Shown here: positions 17,795 to 26,109 of the stretch, in pieces
How the letters are laid out: each line of letters opens with the position of its first letter
Position numbering within the stretch: the stretch's first letter is position 1
NCBI GenBank assembly: GCA_036504055.1
Contig: DASXVU010000045.1
Span: 70,147 to 134,146 of the forward strand
Length of the DNA: 64,000 nucleotides
From: Methanomassiliicoccales archaeon
GTDB lineage: Archaea > Thermoplasmatota > Thermoplasmata > Methanomassiliicoccales > UBA472
Direction of reading: 5' to 3'
Program-made: the position numbers and the translations under genes
Notes under the pieces: model-generated
Database searches by the model: none
What the model was told of the DNA's origin: nothing
What the model saw: the letters and a program-made list of their open reading frames with translations, nothing else

Positions 17795-18232
17795 ATGCGC
17801 GTAAGAGAGGCCACCCCACAGGACCTGGACGACCTGATGCGCATCGAAGAGGAATCATTTCAGGAAGAAAGGTTCAACAGGGACCTCCTGGAGATGTTCG
17901 TGAACGAGGAGGAGTTCGAGACCCTGGTCTGCGAGATGGATGGAATCGTCGTGGGGTATGCCACCGCCTACACTGAGCCGGGGGTCAAGAGCCGCGTTCT
18001 ATCGCTGGCCGTGGATAAGAGGCATCGAGGAAGGGGGATCGGAGTTGAACTGATGAGGGAGATCGAACACCGCGCAAGGACTTTGAGATCAAACTCTGTT
18101 TCCCTTGAGGTACGCGTCACCAACGAAGTGGCGGTGAACCTCTACCTGAAGGAAGGATACCGTATCAAAGGGACCATTCCTGACTACTATTCCAAGGGAG
18201 AGGACGCATTCTACATGGAGAAGAAGCTATAG
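17795..18232 (+). CDS. rimI: GNAT N-acetyltransferase, RimI/Ard1 family
   Basis: LAVDKRHRGRGIG, LEVRVTN..AVNLY, YYSKGEDAFYM. Confidence 0.88.
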   Translation: MRVREATPQDLDDLMRIEEESFQEERFNRDLLEMFVNEEEFETLVCEMDGIVVGYATAYTEPGVKSRVLSLAVDKRHRGRGIGVELMREIEHRARTLRSNSVSLEVRVTNEVAVNLYLKEGYRIKGTIPDYYSKGEDAFYMEKKL

Positions 18233-18454
18233 ATCGACGGGTTTTCTGAGATTCCGGACAGCGATTTGTCTAGCCGCCTGAAAAATAGAAGATAACCGGC
18301 CGCCCTTTAATGATTGTAACCTTTTATGGGTATTTTGATGGCATATCTGGGTGCGTTTTGTGAAATATCAATAGACCTCGGAAACCATTAAGTAATAGAC
18401 CTATTATTGGTGGTTGTCATCAACACTCGCAGATTGTTGGCTAGGGGTGCGTAA

Positions 18455-18622
18455 ATGGAAGAGTCACTTTGCAACGTCGAGTTCCTTAAGAACAATAACA
18501 CTTACATTGCCCGTGTACAAAGCGACCTTGGTGGCCTCAGGGAGTACCAAAGTTCTAACCTAGAGGAAGTCCTCGAACAGGTCATCATCGACCTTCAAGA
18601 GGAGTTCGAGACCTCCATCTGA
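18455..18622 (+). CDS. Small hypothetical protein (55 aa), below the ORF-track cutoff
   Basis: Hand translation MEESLCNVEFLKNNNTYIARVQSDLGGLREYQSSNLEEVLEQVIIDLQEEFETSI; SD-like AGGGGTG upstream. Confidence 0.7.
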   Translation: MEESLCNVEFLKNNNTYIARVQSDLGGLREYQSSNLEEVLEQVIIDLQEEFETSI

Positions 18623-18745
18623 GCGTGCCAGGCCAAGAAAGCGGGCCACGGTCTTCTGGAGGCAGATGCTTCTGGATAACTTGGGCTCCATCCATTAGGA
18701 GGGGTTCAGGTGCAAGAAAAGGAAGGTAACGAGATTGATACGGTA

Positions 18746-19051
18746 ATGTCCTCTTACTACGGGGAGGAGCAGGTTACTGCGATTATTAACCTCAAGGTCG
18801 ATACCAAGGCCGCAGACACGATCGCGGAAAAGGTGGCCAAGTATGCCCTTGTGGAGGATGTCTTCCTGGTCACTGGTGATACTGATATCGTTGTCAAGAC
18901 CAAGTTCCACAACTATAATCAGCTCAAGAGGTTCCTTGTGGACGAGATCTCGAACATCGATGGAGTGAAGGACACGAAGACTCTGATGGTGGTCACGACC
19001 TTCAAGGAAAGGGGAAAGATCGTAGCTGAATCGCAGGAGCCGAACAAATAG
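18746..19051 (+). CDS. Lrp/AsnC ligand-binding (RAM) domain protein without HTH
   Basis: VEDVFLVTGDTDIVVK, IDGVKDTKTLMV; no N-terminal HTH. Confidence 0.85.
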   Translation: MSSYYGEEQVTAIINLKVDTKAADTIAEKVAKYALVEDVFLVTGDTDIVVKTKFHNYNQLKRFLVDEISNIDGVKDTKTLMVVTTFKERGKIVAESQEPNK

Positions 19052-19087
19052 GCTTCATGGTGCAAATTAGTCTCAAGAGGTGTTAAC

Positions 19088-19363
19088 ATGGTAGTAGTTG
19101 ATGTCAAGCAAAAGATGGGTCAAATTTTGGAAGTATTGGACCAGTTGGCCGAGGATACGTCGGTCCCTCGGAACATCAGGCGCGGAGCCACAGAGGCAAA
19201 GGCAAAGCTGGAGCAGAGCGCAGCCTTGGATGTCCGGGTGGCCGGGGCGATCGGAAAGCTGGACGATCTGGCGAACGACCCGAACATACCGATGCATGGA
19301 AGGACCATCATCTATCGCATCATCACCGAGCTGGAGAACCTGCTCGCGGCAGCTCCGAAGTGA
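19088..19363 (+). CDS. UPF0147 family protein
   Basis: DTSVPRNIRR and DPNIPMHGRT motifs; SD GAGGTG. Confidence 0.9.
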   Translation: MVVVDVKQKMGQILEVLDQLAEDTSVPRNIRRGATEAKAKLEQSAALDVRVAGAIGKLDDLANDPNIPMHGRTIIYRIITELENLLAAAPK

Positions 19364-19478
19364 GGACATATTTCTTCGAACAAACTGATTAGCCTCCAGG
19401 GGCCATCTTCCGGCAAATGCTGGCAGTGTCTTGGGTCAGAAAAGATTAAGATATTGTGCTGGATTTGGTAGCGCACAG

Positions 19479-19550
19479 GCGGCCATAGTCTAGTGGTTAG
19501 GACTGAAGCTTCCCAAGCTTCGAACTCGGGTTCGAATCCCGGTGGCCGCA
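19479..19550 (+). tRNA. tRNA-Gly (CCC), intronless, CCA not encoded
   Basis: Acceptor GCGGCCA/TGGCCGC-A; anticodon arm GAAGC-TT-CCC-AA-GCTTC; T-loop GGTTCGAATCC. Confidence 0.96.
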
Positions 19551-20075
19551 CTTTTTATCTTATCCATTCAGCTGATCTTAGGATCATAGGCCTTTTTGCC
19601 ATTACCGAAAACGGTATACCATGTTTTGAATGTAACATGATAGGAGAAATCTAGGTCAGGCAACGGACCTACTATAATAGTTTGGCGATTTCGTTTTGTA
19701 AAATTTATTATTAATTAATTGCATATTTTAGACAATATGAACTGTTCAGGAACTATATGATAACAAATTTCCATATAATTTTGTTTATAATGTATGATCG
19801 AATCTCCTGAACAGGGGAGAATAATGGAAGAGACCCTTGTCGAGGGTGATGTTCTCTGCCATCAGATCAGTTGCAATCAACATCTCGGGATCCATTTTTG
19901 ATCCAGATGTTCAGGCTGTATGCCTCATTGAGCGATTTCTTCCGATCGCTAGCATACGAGACAGACCCTGCGACGATCATCGAGATCGTTGTGGTGGCAG
20001 TCTCCATCCAGTCTGATCAGTGCAACGTAACGAAAAAGGAGATGAAAATATTAGGATGGGATCAACATTGAAGAG

Positions 20076-20157
20076 GGACAAGTTCGGGACGGCTGTCACC
20101 AGGACAGCTGTTCCGGTCGCACCGGGACCGGCTACGACGGTGGCCTTGTCCGTTTTT
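20076..20157 (+). ncRNA. Candidate structured RNA (four-way junction followed by a U-tract)
   Basis: Hand-paired stems of 7, 12, 4 and 5 bp with three G-U pairs on the + strand; no known family recognised. Confidence 0.4.
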
Positions 20158-20264
20158 AACAGCATAGCGAACAAAGCAAGGGACAACGCTTGGAAGATCG
20201 GCGATCAGGCGATGAAAAAGGGCGCCTTCGAGATTGCCTCGGGAATAACGAGAGGTTGTTTCGA

Positions 20265-21290
20265 ATGAGATTCTTCAACAAGCACCGATTGAAAAACTAC
20301 GCCCTGATGCTCGGATCCATAGTGATCGTCATTTCATTGCTGTCCGTAAGTTTGCAGGTCACCAGTGCCGTCCCGAGCTATAACTATAAGATCGTCGGCT
20401 CGAAGGTTCTTAGCTCGACCGGGGCGGTTGTCTATACAGGAACCAACTTCGGCAAGGCGCTTACCTGGACCATGGGCCAGGCGAACAAGGTCACATACGT
20501 GCCCGCGGGCAACTACATCGTTAGCACAGCCATCTATACGGCCTCCGGCGCCAAATTATATGGTGATGGTGACGGACCCACCGGTACGGTGCTCAATTTC
20601 AACGATGCGTCCGCCTCTGCCGAGCAATTCGTTGTGTATAATAAGAATGGCGTAACGTTCAGCAACTTCAGAATGACAGGATATGGCAGCATAGAGGTCC
20701 TGGCCTCGCGTTCATCTGTTACAGCAATAACGATCGACCACGTGACGGCCTACCGTTGTCACGGTAACGACTACGCCTTTGGCTTGATCGCGGTAAGCCC
20801 CTACAAAATTTCTGGAGTGACATTCACAGATTGTCATGCGGAGGGAGTGGATGGATTTGGATACTTGCTGACCGGCACTGGTCAGAAGGCCAATATCAAA
20901 TTCACTGATTGCTCCGCCAATTATTGTGGATATTATTCCACCCGTTTCAATAAATGGGCAACGGGATTCGATGTGTGTGAACTTGGTAGCGTCTCGAACG
21001 TATTACTCACCAGATGCACTGCCAAATACAACTTGGAATCCGGTTTCCACATGGAGTATGCCGCCTCGGTCACTGGAGTGCTGTTCACAGATTGTGTCGC
21101 ATCCTATAATGGACAAAAGCCAGCGGGTTTTGTTAACGGCGACGGAACGGTAGGTCCACAGTATGCAGTAGGTTTCTTGTTCAATGCCAAGAAAATACCG
21201 AGCATCTCATTCGATGGATGCTCGGGTGTGGGGAACATCAAAGGATTGAGCAGGATGGCACCAAGAGCTACGACCCTGTCTACAGTGTAA
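20265..21290 (+). CDS. Secreted right-handed parallel beta-helix (pectin-lyase-like) protein
   Basis: Signal-peptide-like N-terminus; VTYVPAGNYIV..LYGDG...TVLNF motif; repeated (F/L)TDC.A..N rungs. Confidence 0.75.
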   Translation: MRFFNKHRLKNYALMLGSIVIVISLLSVSLQVTSAVPSYNYKIVGSKVLSSTGAVVYTGTNFGKALTWTMGQANKVTYVPAGNYIVSTAIYTASGAKLYGDGDGPTGTVLNFNDASASAEQFVVYNKNGVTFSNFRMTGYGSIEVLASRSSVTAITIDHVTAYRCHGNDYAFGLIAVSPYKISGVTFTDCHAEGVDGFGYLLTGTGQKANIKFTDCSANYCGYYSTRFNKWATGFDVCELGSVSNVLLTRCTAKYNLESGFHMEYAASVTGVLFTDCVASYNGQKPAGFVNGDGTVGPQYAVGFLFNAKKIPSISFDGCSGVGNIKGLSRMAPRATTLSTV

Positions 21291-21318
21291 GTGGAACTGC
21301 GCAGCTCGAAACCACAAA

Positions 21319-21345
21319 TGGGGCGAAATGCCCCACCTTTCTTTT
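21319..21345 (+). terminator. Hairpin plus T-rich tract after the beta-helix gene
   Basis: TGGGGC-GAAAT-GCCCCA followed by CTTTCTTTT. Confidence 0.5.
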
Positions 21346-21353
21346 ACTTCACG

Positions 21354-21526
21354 ATTACGAGCGAAGCCCGACCAAATACCTACCAAACCTGGAGGAAGGA
21401 GGATTGCTGAAAAGGTCTGAGGAGAAGGACAGGATGATCAACGAGATAACCGATAAGGGTAGGCACTTCCTTACCGAGTTCCAGCGCATGGAAGCGTTCG
21501 TCAACGGTTTCGGCCTGGATATTTAG
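21354..21526 (+). pseudogene. C-terminal remnant of a small winged-helix regulator
   Basis: TKYLPNLEEGGLL...EITDKGRHFLTEFQRMEAFVNGFGLDI is typical of the C-terminal half of archaeal small wHTH proteins; no plausible start codon and no N-terminal helices. Confidence 0.55.
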
Positions 21527-21704
21527 GTACCTTGGCTCCGATATGTCTTGATGGTCAAAAACTCGGTTATCCTTGGTCGAATTTTGACCTGGGTTATGCG
21601 GCCGACAATATCTTTTTCGGTCGAATTATATAGATGGTCATGTCTTGTGAGTTGAAACCAGCAATTGGTCTGCATTGCCTTTCTCAACATTAACAGGTGG
21701 ATTG

Positions 21705-23174
21705 ATGAGCCCTCGAGAACAAGAGAAATCTAACGGTAATTGGAGGATACTTGCGATTTTGGCATCGGTCGCGATGATGGTCATGTTCATCGAGATCATG
21801 CTTGTTCCGGCCCTGCCATACGTAGGAGTGGACTTCAACAACTTTCAGTGGATCTCTTGGGTGCTATCGATCTATTTGCTGGTAGGCGCCGTGGCCACCC
21901 CTCTGGCCGGACGTCTGGGCGATATGTACGGCAAGAAGAGGATCATGCTGTACGTCATGTGCATCTACATCATAGGACTGCTCGGCAGCGGGTTCTCGCT
22001 GGACATATCCCGCGCACTGCTCGGCGAGCCTTCGATCTTCGTTCTGATCTTCTTCAGGGGAGTTCAGGGCATAGGAATGGGCATGTTCCCGTTGGCCTTC
22101 GGAATCATACGCGACACTTTCCCCAAGGACAAGATACCCACCGCCATCGGCACCGTCAGTGCGATGTTCTCGGTCGGTGTTTCCCTCGGCCTGCTGGGCG
22201 GGGGCTATATCACCTCCGTCGGCCATTGGTATGATGCGTTCCACGTCGTCGTCCCGTTCTTCGCGGCACTGACCATCCTTACAATGTTCCTCATCAAGGA
22301 CCCTATCATAGTGAAGAGGGGGTCCTTGGACATGGCAGGAGCCGCAACTCTGGGGATCGGCGTGTTCTCGTTGCTGCTGGGCCTGACCCAAGGACAAGAA
22401 TGGGGATGGGCGAGCCCGCTGGTCCTGGCCCTGTTTGTGCTTGCCTTGTCGATGTTCCTGTTGTTCACCAAGCTGGAGCTGAGGACAAAGGACCCGATAG
22501 TCCGCCTGTCTATGTTCAGAAACCGCGGTGTGTTGGATGCCAGCGTAACGGCCATCTTCATCGGCTTCTGCATGTTCCTGATGTTCCAGACGCTACCGTT
22601 CTTCCTTGAGACCCCTAAGGCGGCGGGGGGCTTCTTCGGAATATCCGATACCTTCGTGATCGGGCTCTACATGTTCCCATCAGCGATCGCCCAGCTCATC
22701 TTCGGCCCGATGGGCGGCATTCTTTCGAAGAAGTTCGGGGCCGACAAGGTACTGATGTCCGGCCTTGCCATAATGGCCCTCGGATTCGCCACACTGGTAT
22801 TCATGCATACGGATTGGGTGGGGATCGTGATCTCGATATTCATCACGGGAGCGGGAATGGCCCTGTGCATGGTGTCTATGATCAACCTCGTCGTGGTCAC
22901 CTGCAAACAGAGCGAGTTCGGTGTGGCGTCGGGGATGAACACCTTGTTTAGAGTGGTGGGCGGGGCGATCGGGCCAGTCCTGGCCGTCGTGATCTTGTCG
23001 AACTACACCCAAATCATCCTGGGTCGCCCGGTCTATACCGAGAACGGATATGTGACCACATGGATCATTGGAGCCGCGTTCTCGCTCATCGGACTTGCAT
23101 GCGCCGTCCTCCTTCGCCCGAAGAAAGGGGAAATGGAGTGCGATATCGCGCCCGAGGACCTTCCAGCGAAGTAG
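21705..23174 (+). CDS. MFS transporter, DHA2-like (14 TM)
   Basis: GRLGDMYGKKR motif A, FRGVQGIG, many TM helices. Confidence 0.9.
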   Translation: MSPREQEKSNGNWRILAILASVAMMVMFIEIMLVPALPYVGVDFNNFQWISWVLSIYLLVGAVATPLAGRLGDMYGKKRIMLYVMCIYIIGLLGSGFSLDISRALLGEPSIFVLIFFRGVQGIGMGMFPLAFGIIRDTFPKDKIPTAIGTVSAMFSVGVSLGLLGGGYITSVGHWYDAFHVVVPFFAALTILTMFLIKDPIIVKRGSLDMAGAATLGIGVFSLLLGLTQGQEWGWASPLVLALFVLALSMFLLFTKLELRTKDPIVRLSMFRNRGVLDASVTAIFIGFCMFLMFQTLPFFLETPKAAGGFFGISDTFVIGLYMFPSAIAQLIFGPMGGILSKKFGADKVLMSGLAIMALGFATLVFMHTDWVGIVISIFITGAGMALCMVSMINLVVVTCKQSEFGVASGMNTLFRVVGGAIGPVLAVVILSNYTQIILGRPVYTENGYVTTWIIGAAFSLIGLACAVLLRPKKGEMECDIAPEDLPAK

Positions 23175-23222
23175 AAGAATCGGCTAGAACAGATTTCATG
23201 GATCCGATGTTGGAAGCCGCGT

Positions 23223-23843
23223 TCACTGCTGCAAGGCCAACGCCTTCGTGTCTTTCCAAGCTTTGGCCAGTGCGTCCAGGCCGCAGCTCGTGCATTCATG
23301 CTGAAGGCCAACCTGGTTGGAGAACTGCTCAGAGAGACCCTGGAAACGCTCCTTTTCCCCCACCCCGGTATCGATATAAAGGCACCTTGAATAACCAGCG
23401 AAGAGGATCTTCACGAAGTACATCGGTTCATATCCTTGCTCGATGGCGGAATCGAGACGAAGCTCTTTGATCACTCCCTTCAACCCCATCTCCGCCCAGC
23501 CGGAAGTATTGAACCATGTGCCGGTCACCTTCCGCTTCTCCTCTGCGTACCGCAGCGGGCTCAAAAGGGCGCCGATGCAGTCATCGGCATCCAGCATCAC
23601 CGTCGGTACCCTTAGCTCTTCCTTGACCCCTTTTAATGACTGGCAGATGGCATACCCCAGGAAGACCGCGTCCACCTTACCTTCCAGCGAATTGACCCGC
23701 TCGATCACCGTGGCCTTGAGCTTTGCTGAATCGACATGTAGCGCGAATTCCAGGTATTCCTTGTGAACGATGTCGGGGTCGTTGCCGACGACCGCGTCTA
23801 TCTCACGTCTCCAGATATCGCAGGCAATGATTCCGATGCGCAT
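23223..23843 (-). CDS. DUF1638 family protein
   Basis: IIAC, LEFALH, LGYAIC, DDCIG motifs; start moved to ATG 23843. Confidence 0.8.
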   Translation of the reverse strand: MRIGIIACDIWRREIDAVVGNDPDIVHKEYLEFALHVDSAKLKATVIERVNSLEGKVDAVFLGYAICQSLKGVKEELRVPTVMLDADDCIGALLSPLRYAEEKRKVTGTWFNTSGWAEMGLKGVIKELRLDSAIEQGYEPMYFVKILFAGYSRCLYIDTGVGEKERFQGLSEQFSNQVGLQHECTSCGLDALAKAWKDTKALALQQ

Positions 23844-23914
23844 CTTAGAAAATCCCGCCGTAGGCCACGAGGATGGATGTCCCTTCCAGTGATTTAAACT
23901 TAGCCGGAAGTGGT

Positions 23915-25825
23915 CTACAGCCGTCTCCACCTGTTGTCATCGTCCGGTCCATCCCGCCTTTGAGCCTCGTCCGGGTTGCCCGATCGCCTCTCGACTGGCT
24001 TGGCAGGCGGATCCCAGTTCATGTCGTCATCGAAACGGGGGAGAGGCACTTCTATGGTGTTCACATCCCTGACGATCGTCGGATTTTCCTTCTTGGCGGC
24101 CTTCTGGAACTGGATCCCGTCCTTTTCCACTCTCTGCTGTTCGACACGAGACAGCGTCATCGGATCGGTGGTGAGCCTGTGGGTCCTCCGCATGAGCTCC
24201 AGGGATCCGAGGAAATATGCCAGGAAGACGAACAGGCATAGATACCACTCTATTCTGAAGATGAATGCCGTGGAAGCGATCGTCAGGAGACTGCCGCAGA
24301 TGAAACTGCTGATAAAGCTCGAGATCGGCTTCGGGTCCTTGGTCAGGACACCGAGATTATCGTAGCTGATGGTCTTGATTATGGGGCGCAGTTCCTGCTC
24401 CGTGATGAAATATACCGTTATGGAGACGGCCAGGGCGGCGATGTACATCAAGAATGCCAGCTCGTTTCCCGAGATCATGATGCCGACCAGGGCGATGAAA
24501 TAGACCGACAGCAGGACCTCGATCTTCCTGTCCCGCTGGAACAGCTTCAGGGAGGAGGGGAGGATCAGCTTGGCCATCGTTCTGTTCATGAGCGATGAGC
24601 TGTATTTGGCGAAGCCCGGAACGATCCGCCTAAGGCCTTTGTAGATCGAATCGCTGGTCTTCATCATGATCGGTGTGAGAATGCTCAGGACAAAACAGAA
24701 CGTCCCAGCGAATGGATTGAGCTGGGATGCTTTGGTCAACCCGGCCGCCCCTGAACCTACCGAGGCGAACATGACGGACTCGGCACCCCTGCTGCACATG
24801 GACGATCCCATGAAAGTGGCTGCCCTGCCGGAGAAGCCCAGGAAATAGGCGAGCGCTCCGGTGAGCAGCAGGTCGCCCAGGATCACTACTGGCACCGCAA
24901 TTATCACTATCCAGATGACCGTCGGGAACATCCCGGGATCTATGAGCATGCCGAACGATATGAAGAACACGGCCACGAGGGCGTCCTTGAATGGGCTGAT
25001 GCGGTCCTTCAAACGGTCCGCTATCTTGGTCTCGGCGAAGACCATGCCCAGGAAGAAGGCCCCGATTATCGCAGGAACCCCGGAAACCTCGGCCATTGCC
25101 GAGGAAAGGAAGACCAGACCGAGCGCGAACAGAACGAACATCTCGTCGCTCTTTATGTTCTCGAAGTGCTTGGCGCACCTGGGTATGACCACCAGTGCCA
25201 GGAATATGAAGAAGGAGTAGAAGGCCAGCACACCGACGATCATCGTTGTGAGCGTCAGGGGGTTGTCGCTCCCGCTCTTGAACAGCAATCCGCCTGCGAT
25301 GGTCATCAGGATCATGGAGAGGAAATCCTCCACCACGACCATGCCCAGCAGGAACTCGGTCTCGGGATTGGACATCTTCTGAAGTTCCATCAGGGACTGG
25401 CCGGTGATGGCGGCGGAACCCATGGCGATGACACCAGCCAGGAACACTGTGTCCACGATGGGCCAGCCAAGGGCCATGCCTATGAGTATGCCAAGGAAGA
25501 AATCGATGCCGGTATTGATCAGAGCGAGGAGGAATGCCGACGATTTGGTCTTCCTCAGCTTGCTGACGCTGAACTCCAGACCGACAAAGAACATGAGGAG
25601 CGTCAGGCCCAGCGTGGAAAGGTATGAAACGAAGCTAGTGTCCTTCATCAATCCATCATACTGGAAACCGAAGATGTTGAAATGGATGAAAGGGCCGATC
25701 AGGACGCCAGCTACTATGTAGCCTAGGATAACGCTCTGCTTCGCCCTCGTGGCCAAAGCGGCACCGATGAAGGAGACGAGCATGATCATGCCCACCTCGA
25801 ACATTATCTCCTCTGTTGCGACCAT
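23915..25825 (-). CDS. Cation:proton antiporter, CPA2/Kef family, with extra C-terminal TM domain
   Basis: LMFFVGLEFS, VVEDF, FFISFGM, SRGAES; start may be ATG 25804 after GAGGAG. Confidence 0.85.
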   Translation of the reverse strand: MVATEEIMFEVGMIMLVSFIGAALATRAKQSVILGYIVAGVLIGPFIHFNIFGFQYDGLMKDTSFVSYLSTLGLTLLMFFVGLEFSVSKLRKTKSSAFLLALINTGIDFFLGILIGMALGWPIVDTVFLAGVIAMGSAAITGQSLMELQKMSNPETEFLLGMVVVEDFLSMILMTIAGGLLFKSGSDNPLTLTTMIVGVLAFYSFFIFLALVVIPRCAKHFENIKSDEMFVLFALGLVFLSSAMAEVSGVPAIIGAFFLGMVFAETKIADRLKDRISPFKDALVAVFFISFGMLIDPGMFPTVIWIVIIAVPVVILGDLLLTGALAYFLGFSGRAATFMGSSMCSRGAESVMFASVGSGAAGLTKASQLNPFAGTFCFVLSILTPIMMKTSDSIYKGLRRIVPGFAKYSSSLMNRTMAKLILPSSLKLFQRDRKIEVLLSVYFIALVGIMISGNELAFLMYIAALAVSITVYFITEQELRPIIKTISYDNLGVLTKDPKPISSFISSFICGSLLTIASTAFIFRIEWYLCLFVFLAYFLGSLELMRRTHRLTTDPMTLSRVEQQRVEKDGIQFQKAAKKENPTIVRDVNTIEVPLPRFDDDMNWDPPAKPVERRSGNPDEAQRRDGPDDDNRWRRL

Positions 25826-26109
25826 CTATGTCTCAGCCCAGTGATGCGGACATGTAACGGTGGCTACGACTACCAAGTGGATCGCGCATTATGGATTTGC
25901 CAGTTCCCCGGTATCGCTCGACCGTTTTATCCAAGATATGCCCACGACTCGTCCAGAGTACAGGCTAGTGCATCCCTAACCATCTTAATAGCCTGAAAGA
26001 TATAAAAGCGTATTGTGCCAGATAATTGTTGGACGAATTTTGGAATGGAGTCCCGACCGTCCTGCCAGCCCCTACCCCAACTACCGCCGAAAACATCATC
26101 CGCCTTCGA

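Noticed and set aside
19049-19090. The Lrp-domain amber stop is in frame with UPF0147 (12 sense codons between), suggesting a pyrrolysine read-through fusion
   Set aside because: An in-frame, stop-free 36-nt spacer is common by chance, UPF0147 has its own SD (GAGGTG), and no pyl genes are in the window.
19700-19815. AT-rich tract flanked by a 10-bp inverted repeat as a replication origin or MITE
   Set aside because: The repeat is not ORB-like, there is no target-site duplication, and there is no second copy in the window.
20076-20151. The 76-nt cloverleaf as a tRNA (Pyl/Sec) or SAM-I riboswitch
   Set aside because: It has no TTC T-loop and no anticodon arm geometry, and the SAM-I core motifs are absent apart from a chance GAGGGAC. 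Kept only as an unknown-RNA candidate.
19530-21600. Integrated element or provirus at tRNA-Gly
   Set aside because: No integrase, viral gene or duplicated tRNA 3' end (attR) was found.
25826-25940. Fluoride or other riboswitch upstream of the CPA2 antiporter
   Set aside because: The consensus motifs are not present and no convincing stems were found.
26026-26109. Extended N-termini from the ORF track (e.g. P-ATPase 26026, tatD 3984, trmJ 1230, ribD 30813, pilin 2 62935)
   Set aside because: They lack homology-like content or overlap other genes or promoters; downstream starts have better SDs or match the paralog.
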